Shown: piece by piece, positions 63,320-64,000 of the stretch
Layout: each line of letters begins with the position of its first letter
How positions within the stretch are numbered: position 1 is the stretch's first letter
Origin: Balamuthia mandrillaris
Lineage: Eukaryota
Length of the DNA stretch: 64,000 nt
Direction of reading: 5' to 3'
Assembly: GCA_031835245.2 (NCBI GenBank)
Contig: JAVKOQ020000058.1
Location: 62,001-126,000 of the forward strand
Made by a program: the position numbers and the translations under genes
Notes under the pieces: generated by a model
What the model was told of the DNA's origin: nothing
The model's input: the letters and a program-made list of their open reading frames with translations, nothing else
Databases searched by the model: none

Positions 63320-64000
63320 TGTGGTCTGTGAACAAGGTAAAGCGGCGGCCCCACAGCCAACAGGGCAAAGATCACAGCAAGAAGCTCTCGTTTCGTGGCA
63401 GGATAGTTGCCGTTGAGCAGAGTTGAGGGCACAACTAGCAAAGGCAATATAACGGCGAATATCATCAGCAGACTTTTGATAGAGCACAGCACCAACGCCA
63501 TATTGGGAAGCATCGGTACCAACAAGGAAAGGAAGACTGGGGTCCGGCTTGCTCAGAACCGGAGGTGAGCTGAGGATTCGGTGAAGGGCACTAATAGCTT
63601 CATCGCGGTTCCTATTCCAAAAGGGTCGCGCATCTGGAACGTTACGGAGGGCATCCAACGGAGCCGTTAATATAAGGGCACAAAGCTGCGCAGGAAGTTG
63701 ACAATGCCCAGATAAGACTGAAGCTGCTTGCCGGTAGTAGGTGCATGAAGGCTGTTAAAGGCGGAAGCTTGTCCAGATCAGGAGAATAGCCCTCGCTGGA
63801 GACAATATAGCCAACCAGTCGGAGTCGTGAGAAGCCAAAATGGCACTTCTCGATACGGAGACGGAGACTAGCGTTGTTGATGGCACGTAAAACCAAGCGA
63901 AGCTTCTCGAAGATACCCCTAATGATAGAATTGATGGCTCGAGGATCAATGCAGGTACAGACTCAAGTCCAATTGCCGTAGCATTCTTCTTTGGCACGCA
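63320..64000 (-). mobile_element. Second Ty3/Gypsy pol fragment (RT remnant plus RNase H), degenerate; runs off the window
   Basis: CIDPRAIN, LRIEKCHFG, GTDASQYGVGAVLYQ, NYPATKRELLAVIFAL, LWGRRFTLFTDHK; frameshifts; RT core deleted. Confidence 0.9.

Overview
Compact, intron-rich eukaryotic nuclear DNA. An amoebozoan is inferred from the gene complement and the (CT)n-filled introns; the species cannot be fixed from sequence alone. About 21 host protein-coding genes can be built by hand. Left half: PP2A scaffold, QCR9, eIF3j, Hsp10, GRIP golgin, Mdm31-like, TLC protein, phospholipase B-like, two F-box proteins, a CCCH/FG/NTF2 protein and an ADISSP-like protein. Right half: an Ig-fold (velvet-like)/RST transcription factor, homeobox, USP, ZGRF1, CRIB-STE20 kinase, a CCCH/HA-domain protein, Twinkle and STK11IP-like. 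Non-coding genes are two identical convergent tRNA-Arg(ACG) genes and a box C/D snoRNA of the SNORD25/snR56 type. The most unusual object is a ~2.2 kb PIF/Harbinger-ISL2EU-type DNA transposon (10134-12314; short TIRs, AT duplication). Its divergent second gene appears to encode an HTH plus alpha-crystallin/HSP20-like domain, with palindromic repeats between the two genes. The right end holds decayed Ty3/Gypsy pol fragments joined in frame to an intron-containing, prokaryote-style AAA_15/AAA_21 ATPase pseudogene. All domain calls are by eye from motifs; no searches were run, and exon borders are manual.
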